A stretch of 55,761 nt of DNA from NCBI GenBank assembly GCA_054600435.1, contig BAAIJX010000086.1:1-55761 (forward strand), read 5' to 3'. Below the pieces are notes generated by a model. It was not told where the DNA came from, did not search any database, and saw nothing but the letters and a program-made list of their open reading frames with translations. This document shows positions 24,901-38,274 of this stretch, piece by piece; within the stretch, counting starts at the first letter, position 1, and each line of letters begins with the position of its first letter. Source of the stretch: Neophaeotheca triangularis. Lineage: Eukaryota. Made by a program: the position numbers and the translations under genes.

Positions 24901-26942
24901 CTCCCACCACTAATTATTACCTGCCAGCCATACCGGACCGGTGCATCTGTTGTGTAACGTGGGTCAGCCAGTCGCGGGGCAGAAAACTCAAAGCATGCTC
25001 CAGGTCAGGTAGAGTAATACCTTAACTTAGTGGTACCCCCTCAGGTGTCGGTGACAAGCCGATGCACAATAAAAGCTGCGAGTCACCGTAGGCGTGTGTT
25101 GAGGTACACTTGGGAGTAGAAGTGTGGCACAACTTCTTAATGGGCAGCTGCATTGGATTGAAATTCTCCGAGCCCACGAGACATGATGAATACAGTAATA
25201 ATAATGAGGTACTGAGATAGGTACTGACAAAGAAGGTGCCCAGTCTACGAGCTTTCATGGGTAAGGTTGGGTAGTAGGAAGTAGGGAAGTTCTATAGGAA
25301 GGCTCGGATTTGGCTTACAGAAGCTGTTGTAGGGCAGTCCCTGTCAGGACCAATAGATTTTTGCGAACGACGTTCAAAGGCGTGTGAAGTTAATTGTTGT
25401 CGTTATTGCATTGCAACGTGACGACGGATCATAATACCGTCTAGCATCAGTATTATTGCCGTCGCGCCAGTAGCGGTTGTTACTAGTATTAGGTAGGTAG
25501 TAGTAGTAGTAAGTTATCTCGAGTAGTGGACCTGTCTCATGATGCGGTCCACCCTCAACCCGCTTTTCCACCACCCAATGCCCACTGCCCAGTCTACGGT
25601 CCGCTACTCGGGCTAACGTCTGTCTATCTATCATCTACTACTATACTAACGTTATCACGCCCACGTTGATGATACCAGTGGGCTAGTAGCTTAGCGTGCT
25701 TCGCTTCCAGTATACATACATATCCCACCTACACAAATCACCCTACCGTCCGGTCGTGGGACTCGCGGCGGAATGGGGGGGAATTTCATAACTCTGTGCG
25801 GTACGGTACGGCGCTGTCGTGTATCGATGGCTGCAGACATGGAAACGCATGGCTGACTGAGACATGGTGAAGTTGATAGTATGTATGTAGTAACGATTAA
25901 TCACATCCAGAGGCAATATCACCTGGGTATTAGTATTATTGTTATTCTTCGCGAGAAGAGGATCTACATCACGCACGTCTCAAGCCCTAGTAATGAAATG
26001 TAGTAGCAGACGCCAGACGGCCAATCCTTCTTGCCGATCCCACCTTCTCCACTCGCATTAGGTACCTTATTGTGCAAGGTTGGTAGCATCGGGTAGTAGT
26101 TCCGCGACAGGCACCTCTGCTCTCCTCTCAGCAATAATGAATAATAATTTCTCTCACTAGCCAGACTCCTCTCCCCTCCCTCCCTCCCTCCCTCCCTCGA
26201 CACACGACTCGCACAGTCGTAGTGCATTATATTCACAAATCCGTCACCCGCCAAACGCCAACACCCAACTTACTACTAGTAGGTCAGGTAGTCGGGACGA
26301 GCCCGGTAGCAAACCAGAAGTGGCCTACAGTAGCTAGTAGTAGTCTACTACTACTTACTACTCTGCTTTCCTCGTTGTTCCGCAACCCTGGTTGAGGGTT
26401 GACGGGGCCTTGGTTTGTCCGTGGTGCTGGAAAGCCGCCGTCGCGAAGTCTAAACGTCCAGACGAGTCTGAGAGTCTACTACTACCCAAGTCCAACGCCA
26501 GCGCCCATTATTCACTACTGATTCACCTTTTCGCACCCGTTCCTACCTCCTACTATAACAGCAATTCCTTTCGACATACAACTATATCTCATCCGCCCTC
26601 CTGGGATTCCCGACCATCTTCGTCGGCGCCAATTTTCTCGCTGCATACTTCCAAGCTTCCCGCGTAATTGGTGAGCAGACCCCGTCCCTTGCTTCGTCGC
26701 GCTACCACACCATTCCTCCGGGCCTCCCACCCACAATCCTCTGCTTCCATATACGTGGTAACTCATACCAGACCACGTCCGTGGTATGAGGTTCAAGTCT
26801 CGCGCGTTTCAGAAGACGCAACATCAATCCGAGCACCACCACGTCGCGGTTTGTATCATCTCTCGCTAACAAGACATCGCAGCTTGATATCAGTAGTGGT
26901 CGCTATCGCCCTCGCCAACCTCGACTGTACAAGTCGCCCATC

Positions 26943-28842
26943 ATGGAGTCCAAGCCGCATATCCTCGCCGTCGATAATGAGACCAAGAGCACCATGATGA
27001 GGTCGACCAAAGATGGCAGGCAGTTGACATACGAGATGAATGTGCTGCAGCAGCCAATGCGTGCCAGGGCATGTGGTGCCGGTGCCAAATGTAAGTCGTC
27101 GCATACATCATTCGCACAGAGAACGAATTCTAACAGATTCAGCTTCTGCTGACCGTCGACCCGTCGACCCTCCGCCGATTGTCGAGCTGAAAATCTACGA
27201 GGGTGAGGCCGAACATCGCAAGGACATTACATACGCGCTCAATGCCAACTACTTCCTTTTCGCGACCCTGGAACACGCTCGCGCCATGGCACAGCCCCGT
27301 CACACACAAGAACAGAAGAGCCACCCGGTATTGACTGGCACACCTGTCGCTGGTATGGTTTACCTCGAGCGTCCAAGCCCGGCCGGCTACTTCATCTTCC
27401 CGGACTTGTCGGTGAGGCACGAGGGCGTATTCAGGCTCAGCTTCAGCCTATACGAGGAACTTAAGAACGTCAACGACGAGGACAAGAGCGAGGATACCGC
27501 CAAAGCAAACGCCGCTGGGGATGCTCACGTCACTCACCGCCTGGAGGTCAAGTCTGTGCCTTTCGACGTGTTTAGCGCGAAGAAGTTCCCTGGCCTTACC
27601 GAAAGCACTTCGCTGAGCCGCATGGTTGCCGAGCAAGGCTGTCGTGTGCGTATCAGGAGGGATGTGAGGATGCGCCGTCATCGGGACAACAAGTCTGGCA
27701 AAGTTGATTGGGAAGGCTACGAGGACGAGACCGCTCACCAAAGAGCATATGCTGGATCGGATACAGACCCGTACACTGGCCACCCTCCTATGATTGCTCG
27801 GTCTCGTTCTGCCAGCAACGCTAGTCACCACTCCCTGTCAATGTCGCGCCGGCCTTCTCTCCAGGAGCTTCAGTACCAGCACGGTCAGCAGTTCGTTCCA
27901 CCTCAGACACCGTCTCAGGCCTACCCACCCGTGTCACCTTACGGCCCTTCGCCAAATCAAGCGGCGTATCAACAACCTCCAATGCAAGTCCCGACTATGC
28001 AGCCGCCACCACCGACTTACCAACCAGCATACCAAACCCAACAGATGCCCCCAGTGCAGCCATCTTACTATGGATACGCACCGCCAGCTCAACAATACGC
28101 TGCCCCAACTCAGTACGAAGCCACATCTCAGCCCCCGCGTCACAGTGTAGACTACTCCACAGCTGCTCCAGCGCAAGACTGGAGGCGGGCGTCTGCACCG
28201 CAGCCTCAACTGACATATGCTCAACGGCCGTCCATATCAGCAACTGCTTACCCAACTCAGTCGCCGCAAGCATACACTCAGCCGCCGGCCGCTCCCCAGC
28301 AACCCGCATACTCACAGCAATATCCCGCGCAGCCACAGCCAACCCACCAACCGCAGTACGCGAGCACCACCGACAGCTACGGCAACCGGCCACCACCGCT
28401 TCAGCCCATTCACCCCCCGACACGTGCGGCAGGCGTCTCGACGCCTCTCAGCAGCAACCGCCCATCTTTCGAAAAGACCCTCCCACCTCTCAATCTTCCA
28501 AGCATGGCTGTCGCGAACAAGCTCGAGCCAGGATCACCCACTCGATTGACGCAGCCTCAGGCTTCGTACCTCCCGACCAACGAGTCCAACAAGCGTAGCC
28601 ACAGCAGCGTCTTCAATACATCCTACCTCAATAAGCCCCTGAGACAAGGTGCCCGTCCCGAGACGCCATACGGTAATACCCAGCCAATCGCCAGCGGAAC
28701 CAACAGCAGTAGCTACAATCTTTACACAGCCGAGGCCGACGATGATGACGACGGCGACCTTGACCCTACGGAGCACATGCTCAACTACAGGCGTGCTAAT
28801 GGCATGCACCAGGCGAGGGACCTGCCACCTTACCAGGCTTAA
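26943..28842 (+). CDS. veA: Velvet-family global regulator VeA; exons 26943-27090, 27143-28842
   Basis: Spliced N-terminus ..QQPMRARACGAGAK/SSADRRPVDPPPIVEL and velvet-domain motifs YFIFPDLSVRHEG and FSAKKFPGLTEST..AEQGCRVRIRRD. P/Q-rich C-terminus ending YRRANG. Intron 27091-27142 (GTAAGT..CTAAC..CAG). Confidence 0.95.
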
Positions 28843-29862
28843 CCTTCTTTCCAGGAGCGGGATTACATTGTCGAGCGATACTTGTAACGGGAGTCCGGAA
28901 GAGCGCTCTTTGCGTGGAGTTTACTGATGACAGAGTCGGATGGGCCAAGCTTCTTTGCTATGTTGTATTTTACTATCTCTTTTGTGGGCGTCCGCTATGA
29001 ACTGATAACCAATCTCGAGAAGAGATACTTTACGACCAGGGGTTACTGGGGGGAGTTTAGGGCAGCGCTTCTACCTCTCTCGCGGATTAGGGAAAAGGAT
29101 TATTGCACGGATATCTCGGTACGCCCGTCTCTCTGTTTCTTTTTCATAGAGAGGTGGTAGTATTCTTTATACATTATTCAAAGCACGATTCATCCAGTAC
29201 GGGCCCTTGTATCAGAATATTTGATCGAAAGATAAGTCTTTGTCACGTGAAATCCCTCACCAAGACGTATCAATTCGGTTATGCCTGAGTGCCAACTCTA
29301 CTTCTAGTCGGACGGTCGCCACACCCACATGCCTTGTGGCGGGTATAACGAACGTCGTCACTATCCTTTCCCTGGAAGACAGCGCAACAAAGGCCCTATT
29401 GGCGCTGGCTGATCTTCCATCATCACGTGATCTCAAGTGCAAGGCTGTGGTACCTGAGGCCGACAGGAAGCATCCTCGAGACTTGGCAATCGTCATATCA
29501 GCTGCGAGACTTAGGTAAGGTTCACGTCCATCCCCCAATCGACGATGGCGCAGCAACAGCGGCCCGCGGAAGAGCTCGCATCCAGCCAGTGACAAGCCAT
29601 CTCAGAAGCAACACTACCTCGCAGCAATCAGGTTCTGCCCCGCGGTGACGCTGATTATGGTGGGGTGGCTGGACTTCACGCATCAACAAGCAGCAGACCA
29701 GCAGCCAGGTAGGGCAGAGCAGGGTAGGGAGGGTAAGGTAGTAGTAGTCAGGTCCAAGTCGACGAGCGCGTTTCCTCCCTTCCACCTTCTCCTCTTCCTA
29801 TCCATTTCTCAACCAACAAACGAAACCCAACCCTCCCCCCAACTTTCACACCAGAAGCAAAC

Positions 29863-30478
29863 ATGTCCACCAACAACCCAGCCCCCGGCGTCGGCGGCAC
29901 AGCCAAAGACGGCGGCCTCTCCACTGCCGCGACCGTCGCTGACGGCGGCCCCAACGACAAGGAGCCCGATGGCCAGTACCTCCCCGAGGGCGTCAAGAGC
30001 ATGGAAGGACAGTAGGTCTCCCCGCACCACCACCACCACCACCACCACCCTAGCGCACGCACGCGAGCGACCAAAGCGCGGAGCAAACCCCAACCCCGCG
30101 CGCACGACACCGATCCCGCCCCGTCTGCCTCGAGTGTGTCGCGCGCGCCGGGAAGCAGCCAGAAAGACGGAGAGAGCAAAGCCAGACAGACAGACAGAGA
30201 CGGAAGCTGACGCGACCGGCGACCCCAGCTACACCCGCAGCAAAGACAACGTCCAGACTTCCAACCCAGCCCCGGGCGTCGGCGGCACTGCGTAAGTGGC
30301 TTCCCCTCCATCCCCTTTCCCGTTTTCCGCTATCTTGTGGAAAGATGCTTCTCCTCCGACGGCAGAACAGTGTGCTGATTTGCGAGGTTGCAGCAAGGAT
30401 GGCGGTCTCAGCACTGCGGCGACTGTCGCGGACGGGGGGCCTGACGATCAGAAGGAGGACCCGACTTGGGGGAAGTAA
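29863..30478 (+). CDS. 98-aa hydrophilic protein with an internal 26-aa direct repeat; exons 29863-30011, 30229-30291, 30394-30478
   Basis: ATG in a CAAAC-ATG context. Introns 30012-30228 (GTAGGT..GCTGAC..CAG) and 30292-30393 (GTAAGT..GCTGAT..CAG) give a 297-nt frame: MSTNNPAPGVGGTAKDGGLSTAATVADGGPNDKEPDGQYLPEGVKSMEGHYTRSKDNVQTSNPAPGVGGTAKDGGLSTAATVADGGPDDQKEDPTWGK. Confidence 0.85.
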
Positions 30479-30916
30479 AGGGGGGGTTTAGGGTCGTCGT
30501 TCGATAGTCGTGTTTATTGATGATACCATTTGGGTTTTTCTTTTTCTTTTTTCTTTTCTCCCTTTGTCATTAGGGGAGCTCTTTCTTTGACTGTCTTGCT
30601 GTCTGTCGTGTGCATGTCTGCGAGAGAAGTGTGTTCAGGCTGGATCCTGAAGCATTGCGTATGGTTTCGGGGGCTTTGTGCTCGTGTCTTGCGATAGCAT
30701 GGCATGGCCCTGTCACGGGATTGGCTTCCTCTTCGACGACAGAAACTCGATGGTGGATATTGTTGATACAATACTAGCTAACAGGGAGGAAGCCACTAGT
30801 CATCCATGACTACCGCCCAGTGATTCTCGTCTCGATTTTGTTAAAGCCAGAGGGAAAAACGCCAAATGCGCCTTGCTATGCCCCCAACTCCCTCACCCCC
30901 TAAGCCAGCCCAGCCA

Positions 30917-32417
<1,501 letters not shown>

Positions 32418-34859
32418 ACTGGACTTGGTTTGCGCCTAGGCGGCGCCTGCAGTGGACAAGTGGTTTCGGCTCTTGAGTGTCGTGAAAGAGGACTTTCCAG
32501 CAAATGCGGTTTCTTCGGTAGTTTGCGTCAAATGGATCCTGGTTAAGTAAGGTGTAATTGATTGAAATATGTGAAGTCGCTGTCTGTGGTGTAGAGAGCT
32601 AGCCCCAAAAGTTCATGTTCGCGAAGCGCGTCCGGCCGTGCGCCAATCGTCTCTTCCCGAGTTGCTGAACATCACCTCGAACCCCGTGACCCTCCACTGC
32701 TTCCTGCTTATTATTGCAGTACCTCGATCCCTTTTCCTTCATCTCACTACTTCAGCATTCCTCGATATTGTGACGGCAATGCGGTTCTCGAGGGCGTCGC
32801 TACACGCACACCCGCCGAATATTGCAGTCAAGCTTGGAAATAGCCAGGACATTCACGCCCACATGCTCTGCTATCGCCTCGATATTGGCTTTCTGTCGCA
32901 GGGTCGCCTCGGCGAGGAACCATCCAGGACTCACAGTATTGATCTCGTCCCCCGACTCACAAGACTCGGTCCGTGAAACCACCGCGGCTAGGCACGAGGG
33001 AACTCCAGGCATAGCGCACTCACATTTTGGACCGACTTTGTTTTAGCAACCATTCTCTCCTTCCTCATAGTAAGGTGAGAGCAATGTGAATCACTATGGC
33101 TTGTCTAGAGAGCTTCGTGCGTTCATGAAACCAAACATATCCTGGAGGGTCGCTTTTACACTTCCAACTTGGACTCTCTCCGCGGTCGAGAAAGGAGCCA
33201 CTGGATAAGTCATACTTGCATCGAACAGCCCTGCAGACGCAACAACGAGGACCACAATCACCTTGGTATTTGCTGTAAATGACCCATTCCATATGCCTAA
33301 ATCTCCACCCGTGGTTGTGTGGCCTGGCTTTCTCAAGCAAAAGCAGAGATCTGGACCACCATGACCCGCCAAATCCCTGATCCAAAGAATTCCGAGTTAC
33401 CTCGTAGCCCAACATGATCTGGAGTAGGAAGAAGTCCAGAAGTAGCACGACATGAATGTCCATGTTCGATTTTCGTGGTGTGAGGATTGTTTACAGCCAC
33501 AGATTGGAGGGCTACTACCGAATGTACTCAGGACTTCGAGCAATTTGTTGCTCTCCATCTGGTATATTGCTCGCTGGCTCGGGATAACGAATGGCCAACA
33601 CTCTCTGTGCTACCGTTGCGGCTCCATGTAGGACAGCCTCCACCGAGCGTGACTGGGGCCAATACTACCGGATGTTTGGAAGGCTCACGTCCACGAGCAT
33701 GTGCATTCGCCGAGGGCCTCTGGACAGGCAGTCCACGTACAATTGCGACAGCCAAATCACGTGTATGCCATGGCCGAATCCCGTTGGACCCCGTGGCTTG
33801 GCGCTCACCGCACTTCATCTCCTTACTTTCTTACTTTCTCTCTCTTCTTTCTTTCTTCACATCTTTCGTTCTTCAGGATTATTGCTTTTCTTTAGCCTTA
33901 GGGTCGTGCTGAGGAATCTGCGAAAGACTCTGTATGATGGCCGACCCGCCTCTGGATGGGCTGAGCCACCGTGGTCAAGAGAAACCCACGCTGTAGCCCT
34001 TGCATTAGCCGATCGCTGCAAGCCTCGACCGCTCAGGTCGACCTTGTCTTCCTAGCTTGTTTGAGGTTTGTAGAAAGGGCATCGGCGGGCGCATGCATGC
34101 GTGAAAGCTTGTGGTGTGAGGGTGCAGCGCGGGTGTTCTGAACTTGTCGCAACAAAGGGCTTTGTAAGGGCGTTAGGTAGGTTTGCTCTGCGCGGGTATC
34201 CAAGTCTTTGTGTCGCGCGCGCCGTTCTATCTTTTCCTTCGCTTCCTTCGTTCTTATATTGCTCCTCGCCCTAGTTGCTCCTTGACGCGTTGCGTAGGTC
34301 GACCGCACATTGCCACTGCTCTCACGCCTGCCCCGTGACGATGGGCAGATTACATGTGGAGGCCTGTTGTGGCTATACGAAGAGGTGCTTTGTATACTTC
34401 TAGCATGCTTGTGCAGTATATACATGGTATAGAGCAGGGTGGAGGCGGAGTATGGAGCATGTACAGAGGGTTGTTGGCGAGTCTGAACATAATCGGGGGC
34501 TGGTTGCGGAACCTCCCGCCGAAGTTCCGCTTGGAAGCCCCTGGAGCTATGTCAACAAACTCACTACCACCTCGAGAACTTCACAACAACCACAATACTC
34601 GACAAGCCGAAAGCCTCCATACCAACTCTCATGCCAGCTGCTGGAGGTGTGCCTTCGCTACGGTACCAAGCTTTCCAGCACCTGGTTGCGCAACTCGTCT
34701 TACGGCCTCCTTTACCCGCTCACGATACTGAGTTCTCCACTTGCGGCGGCCTCGAGGCGGTATCGCAGGCAGTGCTAGAAGGCCGATTCCTCAACGCGAG
34801 CTAAACCTTCTCATCCACTACGCATCGCCCCAACGGCAACGCGGTCAACTTCACGCGCA

Positions 34860-35549
34860 ATGCCTAACAACATCCACTGGTCGGAGGAGATGCGTCTTTG
34901 CATTTGGCTCTGCCATCAAGACTTTCAGCTAAACGGCCCGAACACCGGTAAAGTCGTCAACGAGTTGTACCGCAACGTCTTCCAAGCTGCTGGTCGTTCA
35001 GTACCCATCCCATACGACACCATCGGGGCGGCGTACCGCGAACGCAGCAAGCCTGGCCCGGGTCAACTCTGGGCGAACATAGTCAATGGCCCACCACAAG
35101 GACCAGCTGGGGCGCAGCGCAGGGCACAAATCGACCAAGTCAAGAACAAGATTGCGATGGTCATGAGCGCTCAGGGCATATCTGCCGGGCGTTCAGGCGG
35201 AAGGTCTTCGGGCATCAACGCGAAGCCAGGGCGAACCAACCGCAGCAAATGCAAATCTTCTCTCACAACGCTCGTCGGTCAGCGCTTGCCTTTCGTACAC
35301 TCGAAGGACTTGCTTGTGGAGGGTGAAATTTTGATCTTCAACCCCCTTGGGTTGGTTAAGAAGGTGGAGGTGTATCCCGAAACGGAAGACTATCCGCGCC
35401 TTGTTCGCTTCACAGGTAGCGTCGATCAGGAGGTCATGGTATGCGACGGCATGTGTGACGACTGCATGTTTCAACCTGGTCAAGGCTTCTACGAGTACGC
35501 CGAGAAGAGGCAGCTCGGGGAGGAGCAGGATGAGATGGACAGGGTTTGA
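34860..35549 (+). CDS. Uncharacterised 229-aa protein (helical N-domain, G/S linker, His/Cys-containing C-domain)
   Basis: Intronless ATG-TGA ORF with coding-like codon use. Protein-level similarity to decayed copies 1.5-3 kb downstream supports a real gene family. Confidence 0.75.
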   Translation: MPNNIHWSEEMRLCIWLCHQDFQLNGPNTGKVVNELYRNVFQAAGRSVPIPYDTIGAAYRERSKPGPGQLWANIVNGPPQGPAGAQRRAQIDQVKNKIAMVMSAQGISAGRSGGRSSGINAKPGRTNRSKCKSSLTTLVGQRLPFVHSKDLLVEGEILIFNPLGLVKKVEVYPETEDYPRLVRFTGSVDQEVMVCDGMCDDCMFQPGQGFYEYAEKRQLGEEQDEMDRV

Positions 35550-35882
35550 GAGCTAAATCATGATGCTACCACGATGGGCGCCGCGAGACTTTGGGCATGA
35601 CGCGAAGCATCGAAGACCTGCAAAAAAGATGGTGTACTCTGGGCTTTAGGGTGGAGGGAAGGTGGATCAGGGCATGGACACGGGCTCGAGACGGCGTTGG
35701 GAAACGATACCCTTTTGTTGCCGTGGCTCCCACGGTTTGCTGCACTTTCTGTTGTGTTGGACCGTTTTTCTTTCGAGGCGCAGCGAGAGGTCAGGGCGGC
35801 AGCATGCATTTCTCGATAAGCTTCGCTTGGAGGATACATACTCGGTGCTTGGGATATTGCCCCAATGCAAGAAGTCGAGTAC

Positions 35883-35916
35883 ATGTAGCACAATGCACAA
35901 TGTAGCACAATGCACA
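35883..35916. repeat. Perfect 17-bp tandem repeat x2 (ATGTAGCACAATGCACA)
   Basis: Direct read. Confidence 0.9.
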
Positions 35917-37023
35917 TTACCAGACTACAGAGTACGTTCTTCTACCTAATGAGCAACAACACTGAGCCTTTCTCCGAAACTGAACTTCTTTGTTTGGGTT
36001 CTTGCCCTGTTGCTTTACCGTCTTGCTTATGGGCAATGCAAAATCACGTGATGAGTATAGTCCGGACCCGGCATCCACAAAAGCTTGGCAGTAACTGCAC
36101 CTCATCCATCCCTCCTCCGTTCTATACATTGTTTCACCCTCCTTTTCTAATTCACGTCTACGAGTCTTCGTAGTGCTCCTGCAGGATCAGCATGTTGCTT
36201 TTGAGAACTCCAGGGCGCACACAGTACACATCGAACGCGCCTCCCGGGCATCGGACTGGCCCTCGTGCCGACATCAAAAGTCATCTCGAGACTGCTTGCA
36301 TCCGTCTCTTTCGGGCGCAGACGGCGAGGTACGAAGAGTCATTGGATACCCTCGGACAAAGCGATCTGCGCCAATGCGGTTGCTAAATAGGTTTGCTTGA
36401 TTCTGATTATGCCTTTGTCGCACTTTTCATATATCTTCTCTCCGCGCTGCATTGCTGCTGTCAGATCTCCTACCCGCTCGCCAAAAACATCGAGAGCTCA
36501 GGGCGTATCATTTAGTAAGTATTATCGAGTCTGTGTGCCATGCATGAATATATAATGTATTGCAGGTATGCAGCCTCTCTCATTCACCTGAAAGCCCGTC
36601 ACCGGAAACACCGGCTTTTCGCTCCTCCCTAGCTCTGCGTCAATTGCGTCGAACTCCCTTGAAAAATGTCAACAAGCTATTCAATAGCTCTTCCGTCTTC
36701 TCATCAGACTGCGCGTGCTCAGCACATTGAACTCCACCAGCAGACTCGAGATTCCCAAGAAGCAACTCAGATTCGCATACTGTTCAGCATAACACATACC
36801 CAACCTTCAGGTTTCGCCTTCCGAGTCGTTCAGGAGCGGCTTTATTCCTGCGGGGTCGGTGGCTTACCAGGAGCGTCTTTCTGTGTCAGCGTCAGTACGT
36901 ACAACGACCAAAATCCCAGTCTAGCATGTTGCGCGTCGCTTGAAACCGAGGGCACTCGACGTGAAAGTACGGCGGAGCAAGCTGATGTGTACACAGATTC
37001 AGACTTCTCGTGTTTCCGGCACC

Positions 37024-38274
37024 ATGCCAGAGTAAAGGACCATCCACTCGACGGAGAGGATGAGGGCTTACCTCCGGTACTGTCGCAAAGAGCCTTTTGC
37101 GCTCGATCTGCCGAACACAGGTCGTGTCATCAATGAATCTTCCGCAACGTCTTCAAGAAGGCCGAATATGATAGCAACGTCCTTCATGAGGAGTTGGAAG
37201 CCATGTACGCCGAGCATGAAAGCCCCTAGTCTCAATATCTCTGGGCCAAACTTATGGCGACACCGCTACCCGGTCCTCAAGGGGCGCTGCGAAGAACCCA
37301 GATCAACATCATCAAGACAGACTTCCTGACAGTACTCCGTCATCAACAGCTAGCTGCACAATACCTGAAAGCGAGCGTGCGGGCTGGCGGGCGGCGGCGC
37401 AAGGAGCACGGAAAATTGGTGTTGGAGGGTGGGATGCAGGGCAAAGTCGTCTACGATGTCGGCAGATTAGAGAATCCGCCGCAAGATCCCGAAGGAAGTG
37501 ACCACGAAGAGGCCATCCTCGTTTTGCATTCTCGAGGAAATCCGCTATGAGCCGAAACATACCTAGCTATCTCGGTCTTCACCACCACTGGCACAGTCTA
37601 CGAAGATTTATTGACCAACGGCACTTACTTTCAACTTTCTCTGCAACACGGAGACCTTGTCGAGCGAATAGCTAGAGCAGTATCTCCGCCAAAGCTTGAT
37701 CGATCTGCAGGCCGGGAGCGTGTGGGACGAAGTTAATGAGTCCCAGGAGAACAAAGACGGCCGTCGCGCTGCCACAAAGATCAAACACCGGATCCATGCC
37801 ATTCTGAAGTCACTCAAGTTAGACATCATGGCCAACCAGCGAAAAGTCGATGCCAGCACCAAGCGTCTTGCAATGTACCATCGCGAGGATGTATCCTTTA
37901 GCCGTTAAAGCTAGCGCTTGTGCCTCTACCCTAAGTAAACCTTCGTAGAAGCTACGGAATCTACGGAGTCTTACGAGCCTAGCTACGCTATCGATCTATC
38001 CGCTAACAGAGGGTCCGTACACCGCATTTAAGTCGGCCTTAGCGAGGATAAAGTCGAGGCAACCGATATAATGCTCTACGACATACTTACGTGCTACGTT
38101 TGCCTAAGCGCGGCTGAATACGAGAACTTCGCTCAAGGTCCTCCCGTAGTCTACGTCGACGACCTGCTTGTCAAGGGAAGGCACCGCTAGAACCACTAAT
38201 TTTGGCACCAGAATTTCGTCGAAACGATCGATATCCCCTTTCCAGGCTTCTCCGCTGTCACTTCCACAGCTTGA
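37024..38274 (+). pseudogene. Decayed paralogue(s) of the 34860-35549 gene, with stops, frameshifts and RIP-like mutation
   Basis: IHSTERMRAYLRYC..FALDLPNTGRVINE/xFRNVFKKA and LWAKLMATPLPGPQGALRRTQI match the intact N-domain. KRLAMYHREDV, DIMLYDILTCYVC and QGPPVVYVDDLLVKG match the C-domain. Stops at 37033, 37227, 37548, 37906, 37912, 37936, 38029, 38188 and 38197; frameshift near 37138. Confidence 0.8.

Noticed and set aside
29645..30311. Overlapping 216-aa (+) and 187-aa (-) ORFs
   Set aside because: GC-rich, intron-spanning shadow frames of the three-exon 98-aa gene, with low-complexity translations.
29863..30478. Repeat micro-protein as a Kex2-processed (KEP/dikaritin) RiPP precursor
   Set aside because: No signal peptide, no KR/RR sites between repeats, and no DUF3328/UstY or tyrosinase gene in the window.
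32638..34778. Several 70-150-aa ORFs upstream of the orphan gene
   Set aside because: Mutually overlapping, with no motifs and no similarity to the 34860 family that I could see; possibly debris but unsupported.
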